Source of the DNA: a virus
Lineage: Duplodnaviria > Heunggongvirae > Uroviricota > Caudoviricetes
DNA: 64,000 nucleotides
Reading direction: 5' to 3' (one strand)
IMG/VR virus record: IMGVR_UViG_3300026549_002453
Positions 1 through 9,699 of the stretch are shown one piece after another. The notes under the pieces are model-generated. The model was not told where the DNA came from and did no database searches. It saw nothing but the letters and a program-made list of their open reading frames with translations. The position numbers and the translations under genes are program-made. Numbering within the stretch: the stretch's first letter is position 1; each line of letters opens with the position of its first letter.

Positions 1-48
1 GTAAGTTCAGAAATAGCTGATAAAAAATGGACTGAGATATTAGAAAGA

Positions 49-390
49 ATGTCTTTCTTAGCAGGTGAACTAAATGAAGAAACTTGCTCTATGAATAAAG
101 AAAAAGAAGAACTTACTAATAAATGGTGGGCTTTTCATGAACAATTTGAAAAAGAGTATGGAAATGGTGATAGTTTAAAATCACAAGAAGAATTGGATTA
201 TGAGAAAAAGCATAATGTTCATATTGCTGTGTTTCCTCACAGACATCCAGATAAAAATTTTGTGAAAGAGTATAATAAGGCTTGGAAAGAACTATCAACA
301 TTTGAAAAGAAAATGTTTAATTATCAAAATAAGTGTAAGAATGAATTATTTGATATGTTAAAAAAGTATTACTGGGACTTATGGGATTAA
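49..390 (+). CDS. hypothetical phage protein
   Basis: 113-aa ORF with AGAAAG RBS-like sequence; no recognisable motif. Confidence 0.7.
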   Translation: MSFLAGELNEETCSMNKEKEELTNKWWAFHEQFEKEYGNGDSLKSQEELDYEKKHNVHIAVFPHRHPDKNFVKEYNKAWKELSTFEKKMFNYQNKCKNELFDMLKKYYWDLWD

Positions 391-408
391 GTAGAGAAAG
401 AAGGAGCT

Positions 409-1314
409 ATGCTAAATAAGCCAAGACATGGATGGACAGATATAGAGTATAACGGCACATACTTAGGATGTGCCTCTTACTTGGACAACGTACCCCTGCT
501 CATACTAACAGCCCTGTATGAGAGACTAGTAAATAAAACAAATAAATTTGAAGTATCCTTTGATGCTGAAGGCTATTATTTTGGGTTATCAGAAATTTTT
601 TATGGTCTATATGCTTGGAAAGAGGGAGATAACCTAGAAATTATTAGCGACGACCTGTGCATTGGTGAAGATGGTGATATTGATAATATAGAGACGGTTT
701 TAAGAAATATTTCCAAAGAGGTAATTTCAGACATAGAAGAGAATTTCGAAGATTGGTCAAAGTTTTGTGTATATGTAGACAAAGAATTAGATAAAGAGAG
801 TTATAATAAAGAATTACAGGAAAATACAAGACAATTACAGGAAGCTCTAGATAAATTAAAGGAACAAATAGACAAGCCTTATCATGAAATGGAACTGGGC
901 AATATGATATTTGGTCACAGCAGAGGAAAGTATCCAATACCTAGAGGTGAATGGCAAGATAAATTCGGTGAATTACTAACTCTTGGTTTTGATAGCTATG
1001 GACACATAACTAGTGACATCTTAGACAAAAAATATGGTAAAACCAAAGAGTCAAAGGAAGGGCCCATAAAATTTATGGATGAAGAGTATACTCCGTATAT
1101 ACATTACTTTGATAATGGTACATTTATGCTCAATGCCTACTATTGGGGAGATGAAGAGGACCTAATAGAATTTCCTAATTTTATATATTATCCAATTAAT
1201 TATCAAATGAATTTTTATAAATACCCATTAAGGGATAGTTATGCAAATCAAGAGTTGACTTATAAACAATTCTGTGATATGATAGATAAGTGTAAAGAAA
1301 GTTTAGTTAAGTAG
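409..1314 (+). CDS. hypothetical phage protein (possibly two fused domains)
   Basis: 301-aa ORF with GAAGGAG RBS; acidic; no motif recognised. Confidence 0.75.
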   Translation: MLNKPRHGWTDIEYNGTYLGCASYLDNVPLLILTALYERLVNKTNKFEVSFDAEGYYFGLSEIFYGLYAWKEGDNLEIISDDLCIGEDGDIDNIETVLRNISKEVISDIEENFEDWSKFCVYVDKELDKESYNKELQENTRQLQEALDKLKEQIDKPYHEMELGNMIFGHSRGKYPIPRGEWQDKFGELLTLGFDSYGHITSDILDKKYGKTKESKEGPIKFMDEEYTPYIHYFDNGTFMLNAYYWGDEEDLIEFPNFIYYPINYQMNFYKYPLRDSYANQELTYKQFCDMIDKCKESLVK

Positions 1315-1331
1315 AAAGGAATATATAAGAA

Positions 1332-2087
1332 ATGAAAAAGTTTATAAGTATTGTACTAGTAATAGTATTAGTGTTAGGAGTTACCGCCTGTGGTAAGCAG
1401 GAGACTGCTCCCCAGGTAGAAAAGGGTCAAGAAATTGGAATATGGTCCCTAAAAGACATTGAATTTAGTGAGGACGTTATTAAAGAAATGTCTGAAGACG
1501 CTTCTGGGAATCCTGAAGAACAGGCAAAATCCTTGAGAGATATGTATATATCATTTATGGCAGGATTTTATTTCGATTTCGACGAAAATGGAACTTGTAA
1601 ACAAGGATTTTATTCTGAAGAGCCCCTTGATGAGGCTGTAAGTGAACCCCTAAAGTATGAAAACGGACTCATCTATGTTTCAGAAGAGGATACTGTTACA
1701 TACACTTTTAATAAAGAGGGTAACTTGTGTATTGATGAAGACGGTGTTATAATGATATTCGAGAAAGTTAAAGCAGTAGAGGACATTCCACAGACAACAA
1801 CTTACAAGGAAGCACAACAATTGAACGAACAAATTATGAATGAAATGGAGGCGGAGGCTGCCACCACACCTGTACTGGAAGACAAGATTGATGATGTAAC
1901 AGCAAAAGAAATTGCTCTTGCAGAAGCAGGTTTGACTGAAAGCCAGGTTACTGAACTTGAAGTCGAATATAACCCCGACGAGTCAAAGTATGAAGTTAGT
2001 TTTAAGGCTGATGGACAAGAGTACGATTATGATGTAGATAACTTTGGGTCTGTAACTATAAGAGAAGTAGAACCTGATAGAGACTAA
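1332..2087 (+). CDS. lipoprotein with C-terminal PepSY-like domain
   Basis: Lipobox LGVTAC after a hydrophobic signal; C-terminus AKEIALAEAG...YEVSFKADGQEYDYDVD resembles a PepSY repeat. Confidence 0.7.
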   Translation: MKKFISIVLVIVLVLGVTACGKQETAPQVEKGQEIGIWSLKDIEFSEDVIKEMSEDASGNPEEQAKSLRDMYISFMAGFYFDFDENGTCKQGFYSEEPLDEAVSEPLKYENGLIYVSEEDTVTYTFNKEGNLCIDEDGVIMIFEKVKAVEDIPQTTTYKEAQQLNEQIMNEMEAEAATTPVLEDKIDDVTAKEIALAEAGLTESQVTELEVEYNPDESKYEVSFKADGQEYDYDVDNFGSVTIREVEPDRD

Positions 2088-2142
2088 TATAATTTATAGT
2101 TAAGATGGTCAATACTGTATAATATATGATTAGGAGGATTTA

Positions 2143-2508
2143 ATGCCAAAAAAATCTTTACCTAAAAAGAGGAAGACCACGGGTCAAGAAGAAATAATAA
2201 AATTATTGAGAAAAAAGCAATGGAACCACGTATGGGAAAAAGTAAAGTACGTGGGATATGGGCAGGAACCTGATATAAATAAGAGGTACCTGTTATTTAA
2301 AAAAGCATGCCAAGATTTTAACGCCAAAAAATATGATAATTTTATCTTATTTTATAAAAATTATATCAAATACTACGGATTTGATAAGAACCTGACGTTT
2401 ACTATGACAAGTAATGAGAATTTTATTCACGAACTAATAAATGAAAGCATCTCACCTACTGACGATGCTCATCCTATGGTTCAACAGTTGAAACAAATAA
2501 ATCCATAA
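2143..2508 (+). CDS. hypothetical protein
   Basis: 121-aa ORF with AGGAGG RBS. Confidence 0.7.
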   Translation: MPKKSLPKKRKTTGQEEIIKLLRKKQWNHVWEKVKYVGYGQEPDINKRYLLFKKACQDFNAKKYDNFILFYKNYIKYYGFDKNLTFTMTSNENFIHELINESISPTDDAHPMVQQLKQINP

Positions 2509-2523
2509 CTCTGTAAAAAAAGG

Positions 2524-2552
2524 TTTACACCGTCAGCTTGTGGTGATATAAT
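2524..2552 (+). promoter_or_regulatory. sigma70/sigmaA-type phage promoter (TTTACA-N17-TATAAT, extended -10) heading the replication operon
   Basis: TTTACA 2524-2529, 17-nt spacer ending TGA, TATAAT 2547-2552. Confidence 0.8.
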
Positions 2553-2572
2553 TATATAGAGGTAGTAGAAGT

Positions 2573-3274
2573 ATGTTTAAGATAAAGCAAACTAAAAATA
2601 CATATGTTACAATAACCAATTATCATCTGAAAGATATTAATCTTTCATTAGAGGCTAAGGGATTACATTCTTGGCTTCTTTCTAATGATGGAAATTGGTC
2701 AGGTAACTTTAATGACATACTAGATTTTCATTACGGTCTTACTCAAACTCAGTTGATAACCATATTAAATGAGTTACAGATAAATGGATATATTGAACTT
2801 AAGGCTGATGATTATGTTGTGTATGATAAACCAATCAATGTAAGTAAGAAAGACTTAAAACCCATTGAACTAAATGATACTGCAAATGACACAAAGAGAA
2901 AGCCAAATTTGTTTAATAAATGTTTAGACTTTATTAATGAATATACGGATGATGAGCACCTACGAAAAGCTCTTACTGATTATTTGTCACTAAGGTTAAA
3001 TCCAGGCCAAGACTCAAGATTAATGCAGTATAAATTACAGTATTTTAATCAATGGCGAAATCTTTTATTGACTCTTGACACCATGACAGGTGACAAAGTA
3101 AAGATAGTAGAACAAAGTTATACAAAACAATGGGGTAAGTTCGTAGATATTACACCTAGTAAAACACTAGATAATGTAAAGAGTGGTTCTTATACAAAAG
3201 AAGAAATGGAATCATTTAGAAAGAAATTAGAAGAAGCAAACAAGAAAACTGTAATAGATGAAATACCATGGTAG
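2573..3274 (+). CDS. putative replication initiator (N-terminal wHTH, DnaD-like C-terminal region)
   Basis: N-terminus YVTITNYHLKDINLSLEAKGLHSWLLS is typical of phage replisome-organiser HTH proteins; directly upstream of the DnaC-like and DnaB genes. Confidence 0.65.
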   Translation: MFKIKQTKNTYVTITNYHLKDINLSLEAKGLHSWLLSNDGNWSGNFNDILDFHYGLTQTQLITILNELQINGYIELKADDYVVYDKPINVSKKDLKPIELNDTANDTKRKPNLFNKCLDFINEYTDDEHLRKALTDYLSLRLNPGQDSRLMQYKLQYFNQWRNLLLTLDTMTGDKVKIVEQSYTKQWGKFVDITPSKTLDNVKSGSYTKEEMESFRKKLEEANKKTVIDEIPW

Positions 3275-3283
3275 AGGTAGAGG

Positions 3284-3952
3284 ATGACAAACATTAGAGA
3301 ACAATGCTGGTACGGGGAAGTATGTCAGCAAGAGTGTTCCGAGGGTTGTGTGAGGTACAATGAAGTAAAGTACCTGATGGACAGTAGTGGAATACCTAAG
3401 GCTCAGCAAACCCCTAAACAGCTCATACCTTTAAATAGTGAAGACAAAAAGGTTTTCATAAGATTAAGGGAAATTAAGGACGGTATCCTTGATTATGTAA
3501 ATAACGGGAAGAATTTATATCTCTGCTCTGATTCTCCAGGTAATTCAAAGACAAGCTGGGGATTTAAGATGCTATTGAAGTATATAGATTCTGTTTGGTC
3601 TGGGAACGGCTTTAGGACTAGATGTCTATTTATCCACGTTCCCACCTTTTTACAACAGCTGAAGAATTTTGATAGTCCATTGTCAGATGAATACAAGGAA
3701 CACATAAAAACTTGTGACCTAGTATTTTGGGACGACATAGCAGCGAGTAAACTGACGGATTTTGAGTACAATCAGTTACTTGCTTTTATTGACGCGAGGA
3801 TGCTTGAAAATAAATCAAACATTTATACAAGTAACATTGTAAGTAAAGACCTCTTAGAAACAATTATAGGAGGAAGATTGACTAGTAGAATATACGGACA
3901 GTCTGAGGTACTAACTATTACCGCGGACGACATGAGAGAAGGAGTCAAGTAG
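3284..3952 (+). CDS. DnaC/IstB-like AAA+ helicase loader
   Basis: Cys-rich N-terminus, variant Walker A SPGNSKT, Walker B VFWDDI, IYTSN sensor, RLTSRI; sits between initiator and helicase. Confidence 0.8.
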   Translation: MTNIREQCWYGEVCQQECSEGCVRYNEVKYLMDSSGIPKAQQTPKQLIPLNSEDKKVFIRLREIKDGILDYVNNGKNLYLCSDSPGNSKTSWGFKMLLKYIDSVWSGNGFRTRCLFIHVPTFLQQLKNFDSPLSDEYKEHIKTCDLVFWDDIAASKLTDFEYNQLLAFIDARMLENKSNIYTSNIVSKDLLETIIGGRLTSRIYGQSEVLTITADDMREGVK

Positions 3953-3957
3953 GAAGT

Positions 3958-5247
3958 ATGGTACAAGTTCAAATTTTGTCAAAAATACTTGCAACTAAAG
4001 ATTATTCAATTATAGAGGATAATGCCTTAGATGTATCATATTTTCTAGGGTACGAGGCAGAATATGAATACATCAAGGACCATTATGAGAAATACAAAAA
4101 TGTTCCTGATGAATTAACGTTCTTAGAAAAGTTTGACGACTTTGAACTAGTTTCTGTTTCAGAGTCTGATAAATATCTTGTAGATAAGATTAGAGAAGAA
4201 AAACTATATAATGAGTCAGTTCCCATTTTGGAGAGAGCTGCAGAGTTGTATAAGGAAGATGCTAACAAGGCTGTAGAGTTTATAGCTTCTAACCTAAAGA
4301 ATATTCAACCTAATTATAACATAGGTGGAGTGGATATTGTAAAACAGGCTTCTAAGAGATACGATAATTACATTGACCGTAGTAAAAATCAAGACAAATA
4401 TTATTTTTCTACTGGGTTTAAAGAATTAGATGAACTTACCCACGGTATACAGCGCGGAGAAGAACTCTTGGTTATATTTGCAAGAATAAATCAAGGAAAG
4501 AGCTTTGTGAGTGAAAAATTCGCTATATCTGTATGGGAACAAGGTTACAATGTAGGTTACTTTTCTCCAGAAATGACCGCAGAAAGCATAGGGTACAGGT
4601 TTGATACATTACATAGAAACTTTTCTAACAAACAGCTCATGTGGGGTAAGTCTTCGGGAGACTCCGAGTATAAAAAATATATAAATGAACTTCAAAAGAA
4701 AGATAATAAGTTTATTGTAACCACCTTGTTAGACTTTAATCGCAAGGTTACAGTGTCTAAACTTAGAAATTGGATAAAACAAGAAAAGTTAGATATGATA
4801 GTTATTGATGGTATAACTTACCTTACTGATGAAAGATATAAAAAAGGCGACAATAAGACTATTTCTATAACAAATATATCAGAAGACCTAATGAGTTTAT
4901 CTGTTGAAATGGGAATTCCTATCATAGCAGTGGTTCAAGCTAATAGAAATGGAGTTCAGGATGAAGAAGATAAGGTTCCTGAGTTGGAACACATTAGAGA
5001 TTCTGATGGCCTAGGTATGAACGCCTCTAAGGTGTTTTCCATTAAACAGAAACATGGAATTCTAGAAATAGGCATAAAAAAGCAACGTCAAGGTAGAGTG
5101 GGCGATATACTTAAATACACCTGGGATATTGATAAGGGCGAATTTACTTGGATACCTACTAAGACCGAGAATTTAAATGATGCAACCGTCGAGAATGCCA
5201 TTGAGCAGCAAAGAAATCAATATGATGATTTAGAAAATATATTTTAA
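3958..5247 (+). CDS. dnaB: DnaB-like replicative helicase
   Basis: STGFKELDELTHG, Walker A ARINQGKS, FSPEM, IVIDGITYL, VVQANR, IKKQRQG motifs. Confidence 0.9.
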   Translation: MVQVQILSKILATKDYSIIEDNALDVSYFLGYEAEYEYIKDHYEKYKNVPDELTFLEKFDDFELVSVSESDKYLVDKIREEKLYNESVPILERAAELYKEDANKAVEFIASNLKNIQPNYNIGGVDIVKQASKRYDNYIDRSKNQDKYYFSTGFKELDELTHGIQRGEELLVIFARINQGKSFVSEKFAISVWEQGYNVGYFSPEMTAESIGYRFDTLHRNFSNKQLMWGKSSGDSEYKKYINELQKKDNKFIVTTLLDFNRKVTVSKLRNWIKQEKLDMIVIDGITYLTDERYKKGDNKTISITNISEDLMSLSVEMGIPIIAVVQANRNGVQDEEDKVPELEHIRDSDGLGMNASKVFSIKQKHGILEIGIKKQRQGRVGDILKYTWDIDKGEFTWIPTKTENLNDATVENAIEQQRNQYDDLENIF

Positions 5248-5270
5248 TATAAAAAAAAGGAGAAATTATA

Positions 5271-5897
5271 ATGTCTTATGAAGAAAGAATTAAAAAGCTA
5301 AAGGCTGACTATCAATTTTATTCAGAGGGGCTTTCAAAATTTTATAGGATATTAAACCCTAAGGATGTCAGTATATACAGAAAAATTGCCAAATGGCCTA
5401 GAGACTCAATCCAAGCAGAAGAAAATCTTAAAATTCTACAAAGACTATATGAAAAGTATGAGCCAAAATATGAGGAACAACAAAAATTAGACCATATACG
5501 GGAGCTCGTTACTCCTAAAGAAATAGATAGAGAAGATGAGCTTGGTAAGGAACTAACTATTGAGGCGTGGTTAAACCTGTATGTAAGAGCTTGTGAAAAC
5601 TTACCTAGAGAGTACGGGGAGAGTCGAGCGGTAGTGGTTAATGAAAAACTATACTGTAATGCCTCAAGAGCCCTGGTTGCCAACGGTATGGGTAGAAGAA
5701 GGTCTCAATGGGATGATACCCTAGCAGGCAAGGATGGGGACAAAGTCTATAAACTTATAGAAGATGAAGATAGTGACATAGATGCAAATTATAAAGGATT
5801 ATTTTGTAAGTATGCTACTCCTCAAGAATTAGATAGAATGTTAAGACCGCTGTACGGAGATGAATGGGAAAGGTTAAAATCAATTCAGAATATATAA
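5271..5897 (+). CDS. hypothetical protein
   Basis: 208-aa ORF with AAAGGAGAAA RBS, inside the replication operon. Confidence 0.75.
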   Translation: MSYEERIKKLKADYQFYSEGLSKFYRILNPKDVSIYRKIAKWPRDSIQAEENLKILQRLYEKYEPKYEEQQKLDHIRELVTPKEIDREDELGKELTIEAWLNLYVRACENLPREYGESRAVVVNEKLYCNASRALVANGMGRRRSQWDDTLAGKDGDKVYKLIEDEDSDIDANYKGLFCKYATPQELDRMLRPLYGDEWERLKSIQNI

Positions 5898-5944
5898 AGA
5901 ACATATAAGTAGAACTCAAGTTTAAACAAAGGAAGGAAGTCAAC

Positions 5945-7015
5945 ATGAAATTTACAATAAGCACCGCAGAATTTCAAAAACTATTAAAAAATGCATCCAG
6001 AGTGGTTACCAACAATAAACTCGTTACCTTAGGAAGTTATATCTCGCTATCCTCTTCAGGTAATGAATTAACTACTATTACTTCTGATGGTAATAACTAT
6101 TTGTATCTTACCACTGCAAGTAGTGGTGATGCCTTCACAGTAGTGGTAGATTTTGAAAAACTTAATAAGCTCGTTTCGAAGTTTACTTGCGAGAATATAA
6201 CTGTAGAGGAAAAGGACCATCAATTAAAAATCAAGGGCAACGGTAATTATACGCTTAATATCCTTGTAGATTCCTTGGGTAATAAGGTAGAATATCCAAA
6301 TCCCTACGTAGATGCACCCATAGATGTAGAGTATTCTGAAACAATTAATTCAGAAATTATAAAAAGAGTTATAAATATCTCTGAGTCTTCTTTAGCTCTT
6401 CCAAACAGTTGTATCTATGAAAACTATTATCTAGGAGAATGTTCCATTGCTACTGATAGTTATAGAATTACTAAGATTGACAATTCTCTGTGTAGAGAAT
6501 CCTTCATTATCCACCCCAAAACTTTATCCCTTATAAATATTGTAGACAAAGAGGATGTATCTGTAGAATACAACAAGGAACAAATTCAATTTATAGCTCC
6601 AAATTTTATAGTGTATAGCACTCTTCCCAAAAATTCAAGCGAATTTGCATTGGATGCTATTCAAGATGTGTTGAGTTCTTCCTTTAAAGATTCTGTAGTA
6701 GTAGATAGAAAACAACTTATTTCTGCGTTGGACAGATTAGAATTGTTTATAGATTACTATGATAAAAATACTATTACTCTCCACTTTAAAAGCGATTCAC
6801 TAGAAGTAATGACTCAATCTGAAGAAAATGTAGAACAAATACCCTACTCAGAGGGTACATCTAATGACTTTACCTGTAAGATTGATATCACTCTGCTATT
6901 GTCTCAACTTAAAACCTTGGAAAGTACTGATATTACAATTGAGCAGGGTGAAAATACGGGAGCCATAAAACTCTTAGATAACGATATAATTAAATATATC
7001 GCTTTGGTAGTGTAA
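5945..7015 (+). CDS. dnaN: DNA polymerase III beta-type sliding clamp
   Basis: 356 aa, three-domain length; MKFTIST start, IATDSYRI, KQLISALDR motifs typical of beta clamps. Confidence 0.8.
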   Translation: MKFTISTAEFQKLLKNASRVVTNNKLVTLGSYISLSSSGNELTTITSDGNNYLYLTTASSGDAFTVVVDFEKLNKLVSKFTCENITVEEKDHQLKIKGNGNYTLNILVDSLGNKVEYPNPYVDAPIDVEYSETINSEIIKRVINISESSLALPNSCIYENYYLGECSIATDSYRITKIDNSLCRESFIIHPKTLSLINIVDKEDVSVEYNKEQIQFIAPNFIVYSTLPKNSSEFALDAIQDVLSSSFKDSVVVDRKQLISALDRLELFIDYYDKNTITLHFKSDSLEVMTQSEENVEQIPYSEGTSNDFTCKIDITLLLSQLKTLESTDITIEQGENTGAIKLLDNDIIKYIALVV

Positions 7016-7030
7016 CATAGGTAAATAATT

Positions 7031-7954
7031 ATGGAATTAAACAAAATATACATAGGAAATAATATAGAAATTCTCAAAACATTTCCAGACGAAAGTATAA
7101 ACTGTTGTATTACTAGTCCTCCATACTATGGGTTACGCGACTATGGTACTGGAACTTGGGTAGGAGGCGACCCTTCCTGCCCACATAAAAGAATCACTCA
7201 TCGCAGTGATAATTGTGGCACGGGTCATGCTCAACCGGAGTTACAAGGTAATGTGGCTGGGGACATATACAAAAAAGTTTGTCCCAAGTGTGGAGCTGTT
7301 AGAAAAGATAACCAGGTAGGGCTAGAAGAAACTCCCGAAGAATACGTATCTCGTCTAGTAAGTATTTTTAATGAGGTAAAGAGAGTCCTTACCAAAGATG
7401 GTACTCTCTGGATTAATATTGGGGATAGTTATTCTTATATTAATGAAGGTGGCCTTAAAAAGAAAGATATGATAGGTATACCTTGGATGTTGGCTTTAGC
7501 CTTAAGAAAAGATGGGTGGTATCTTAGACAAGATATTATTTGGCATAAGCCTAACCCTATGCCTGAACCTGTAGAAGATAGATGTACTAGAGCACATGAA
7601 TACATCTTCCTACTATCCAAGTCACCATACTATTACTTTGATTTTGAAGCCAATAGAGAACAAACAGTAGACAATAAACTGTATGAGAGTCGTACTAGGA
7701 GAGATGTATGGTCAATTCCTGTAAGCACCTTTAAGGATGCACACTTTGCAACTTACCCAGAAACTTTGGTAAGTAATTGTTTGCTGGTAGGATGTCCTAA
7801 GGATGGGGTAGTTCTTGACCCATTTATGGGCAGTGGTACCACAGGAGTAGTGGCTAAAAGAGAAAACCGAAATTATGTAGGTATAGAACTCAATCCTAAG
7901 TATGCTGAAATGGCAAACAAGAGATTGTCTACTATTAGTAAAAAATTATTTTAG
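7031..7954 (+). CDS. DNA methyltransferase, N4-C/N6-A beta class
   Basis: Catalytic CITSPPY precedes SAM-binding VLDPFMGSGTT; WYLRQDIIWHKPNPMPE, HFATYP. Confidence 0.92.
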   Translation: MELNKIYIGNNIEILKTFPDESINCCITSPPYYGLRDYGTGTWVGGDPSCPHKRITHRSDNCGTGHAQPELQGNVAGDIYKKVCPKCGAVRKDNQVGLEETPEEYVSRLVSIFNEVKRVLTKDGTLWINIGDSYSYINEGGLKKKDMIGIPWMLALALRKDGWYLRQDIIWHKPNPMPEPVEDRCTRAHEYIFLLSKSPYYYFDFEANREQTVDNKLYESRTRRDVWSIPVSTFKDAHFATYPETLVSNCLLVGCPKDGVVLDPFMGSGTTGVVAKRENRNYVGIELNPKYAEMANKRLSTISKKLF

Positions 7955-7995
7955 CTTTGAAGACATAAGGGTTATAATATATTAAAGAGATATAT

Positions 7996-8841
7996 ATGGA
8001 GAAAAATATGAACGTACAAATTTTTAATGAAGATTGTAGAGAAACAATGAAAAATCTTGAGCCTCAATCTGTAGATGTAGTTCTTACTTCCCCGTTTTAC
8101 AATACTTCTGGGACATCAGCCTTACTCAATGAAGCTGAAATCTCTAAGTTTAAAGGGAATAATAGAAATCATCCCCAACAAAGATATGATATCCATGTAG
8201 ATAATATGACCTCTGATGAGTATAGAGATTTTTCTTTAGAACTATTTAAAGGTTTTGATAGGATTCTCAAACCCAATGGTGTTGTATTGTATAATATAAG
8301 TTATGGAGTATCTAATACTACTGACTTATTTTTGGTTATTAGTGACCTCATTACTAAGAGTAATTTTACAGTGGCTGATGTTATATGTTGGAAAAAACCA
8401 ACCGCAATTCCGAACAACATCAATCATAATAGGTTGACTCGTATATGGGAATTTGTATTTGTATTGTGCAGAAAAGCTGAAATAAATACTTTCCACATGA
8501 ACAAGAAGGTAGTACATGTATCAGATAAAGGTCAAAACTTTTATGAAAACATTCAAAATTTTATAGAAGCTCCTAATAATGATGGCCCTTGTGATTATAA
8601 CAAAGCTACTTATTCTTCCGACCTTTGTATACAACTTTTAACTTGGTATGCCCCATCCTCTGCAACAGTTTATGACCCGTTTAATGGCACAGGTACAACC
8701 GGAGTAGCCTGTAAGATGATGGGTTTTGACTATATAGGCAGTGAGATTAGTCCTACTCAAGTTAAATTCTCACTAGACAGAATTAATGGAGTGGATGTCT
8801 ACTCTAAAAAGAAAACTACAGCGAGTTCAAAATTATTTTAA
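7996..8841 (+). CDS. DNA methyltransferase, N4-C/N6-A beta class (variant SPFY)
   Basis: VLTSPFY ... VYDPFNGTGTT; YIGSEI. Confidence 0.88.
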   Translation: MEKNMNVQIFNEDCRETMKNLEPQSVDVVLTSPFYNTSGTSALLNEAEISKFKGNNRNHPQQRYDIHVDNMTSDEYRDFSLELFKGFDRILKPNGVVLYNISYGVSNTTDLFLVISDLITKSNFTVADVICWKKPTAIPNNINHNRLTRIWEFVFVLCRKAEINTFHMNKKVVHVSDKGQNFYENIQNFIEAPNNDGPCDYNKATYSSDLCIQLLTWYAPSSATVYDPFNGTGTTGVACKMMGFDYIGSEISPTQVKFSLDRINGVDVYSKKKTTASSKLF

Positions 8842-8891
8842 TGTTATATTTGGAGGAAAGAATTAATAAAGAAAGGAAGAAGGTAATATAA

Positions 8892-9695
8892 ATGTTTGAG
8901 AAAGTTAACATGTCACACCCAGACAAGATGGCTGACAGAATAGCCGGGGCTCTTGTAGATGAAGCATATAGATTAAATGACAATCCTAAGATTGCTGTAG
9001 AAGTCCTTCTTGGACATGGTGTTTGCCACATTATAGCGGAAACTTCTGAAACTCTCAATAAAAACTTCGTTTACGATACAGTACATCGCATTTGCGAAGA
9101 TGATAATATTTATGTATTGTATGATGAATATGAGCAGGATAGGCATTTGGCGGACAATCAGGAAAATCAAGTAAGATGTGGAGACAATGGTATATTTAAA
9201 GGAATGCCTGTGACTGCTGAACAACAGAGACTAACACAGATTGCTAAAAATATCTACGAGCATTTTCCTAAAGATGGTAAGTATATTCTTCAAGAGGATA
9301 CCTTGACTATTTGTCAGTCCAACGCTACTAAAAAGGATATTCACGCATTGTTTGATAATGATGATTATAATCTAATAATTAACCCTTTAGGTTTTTGGAC
9401 AGGTGGGCCTTCTGTAGATACAGGTGCTACCAATCGTAAATTGGGTTCTGATATGGGCGATAGTGTAACTGGTGGAGGCTTGATGGGCAAGGATATTTCT
9501 AAGGCAGATGTTAGTGTCAATATCTATGCTTGGTTAAAAGCTCAGGAATTGGGTCATCCTGTAGAGTATTGGTGCTCTATAGGCGATGAGATTATTGACG
9601 GAAAGCCCTATTCAGAGATTGTTAAAATTGCTAAGGACTATATTGATAGTCTTGGCGGCTTTGAAGCTTTTGCTGAATGGGGATTAATTAGGTAA
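8892..9695 (+). CDS. metK: compact S-adenosylmethionine synthetase (MetK-like)
   Basis: SHPDKMADRI, GDNG, GGPSVDTGATNRK, GGGLMGKDISKAD motifs; only 267 aa. Confidence 0.85.
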   Translation: MFEKVNMSHPDKMADRIAGALVDEAYRLNDNPKIAVEVLLGHGVCHIIAETSETLNKNFVYDTVHRICEDDNIYVLYDEYEQDRHLADNQENQVRCGDNGIFKGMPVTAEQQRLTQIAKNIYEHFPKDGKYILQEDTLTICQSNATKKDIHALFDNDDYNLIINPLGFWTGGPSVDTGATNRKLGSDMGDSVTGGGLMGKDISKADVSVNIYAWLKAQELGHPVEYWCSIGDEIIDGKPYSEIVKIAKDYIDSLGGFEAFAEWGLIR

Positions 9696-9699
9696 TATT

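Noticed and set aside
2840-2950. Iterons inside the initiator gene (AAATGA-like recurrences)
   Set aside because: Too short and irregular to separate from codon bias in AT-rich sequence.
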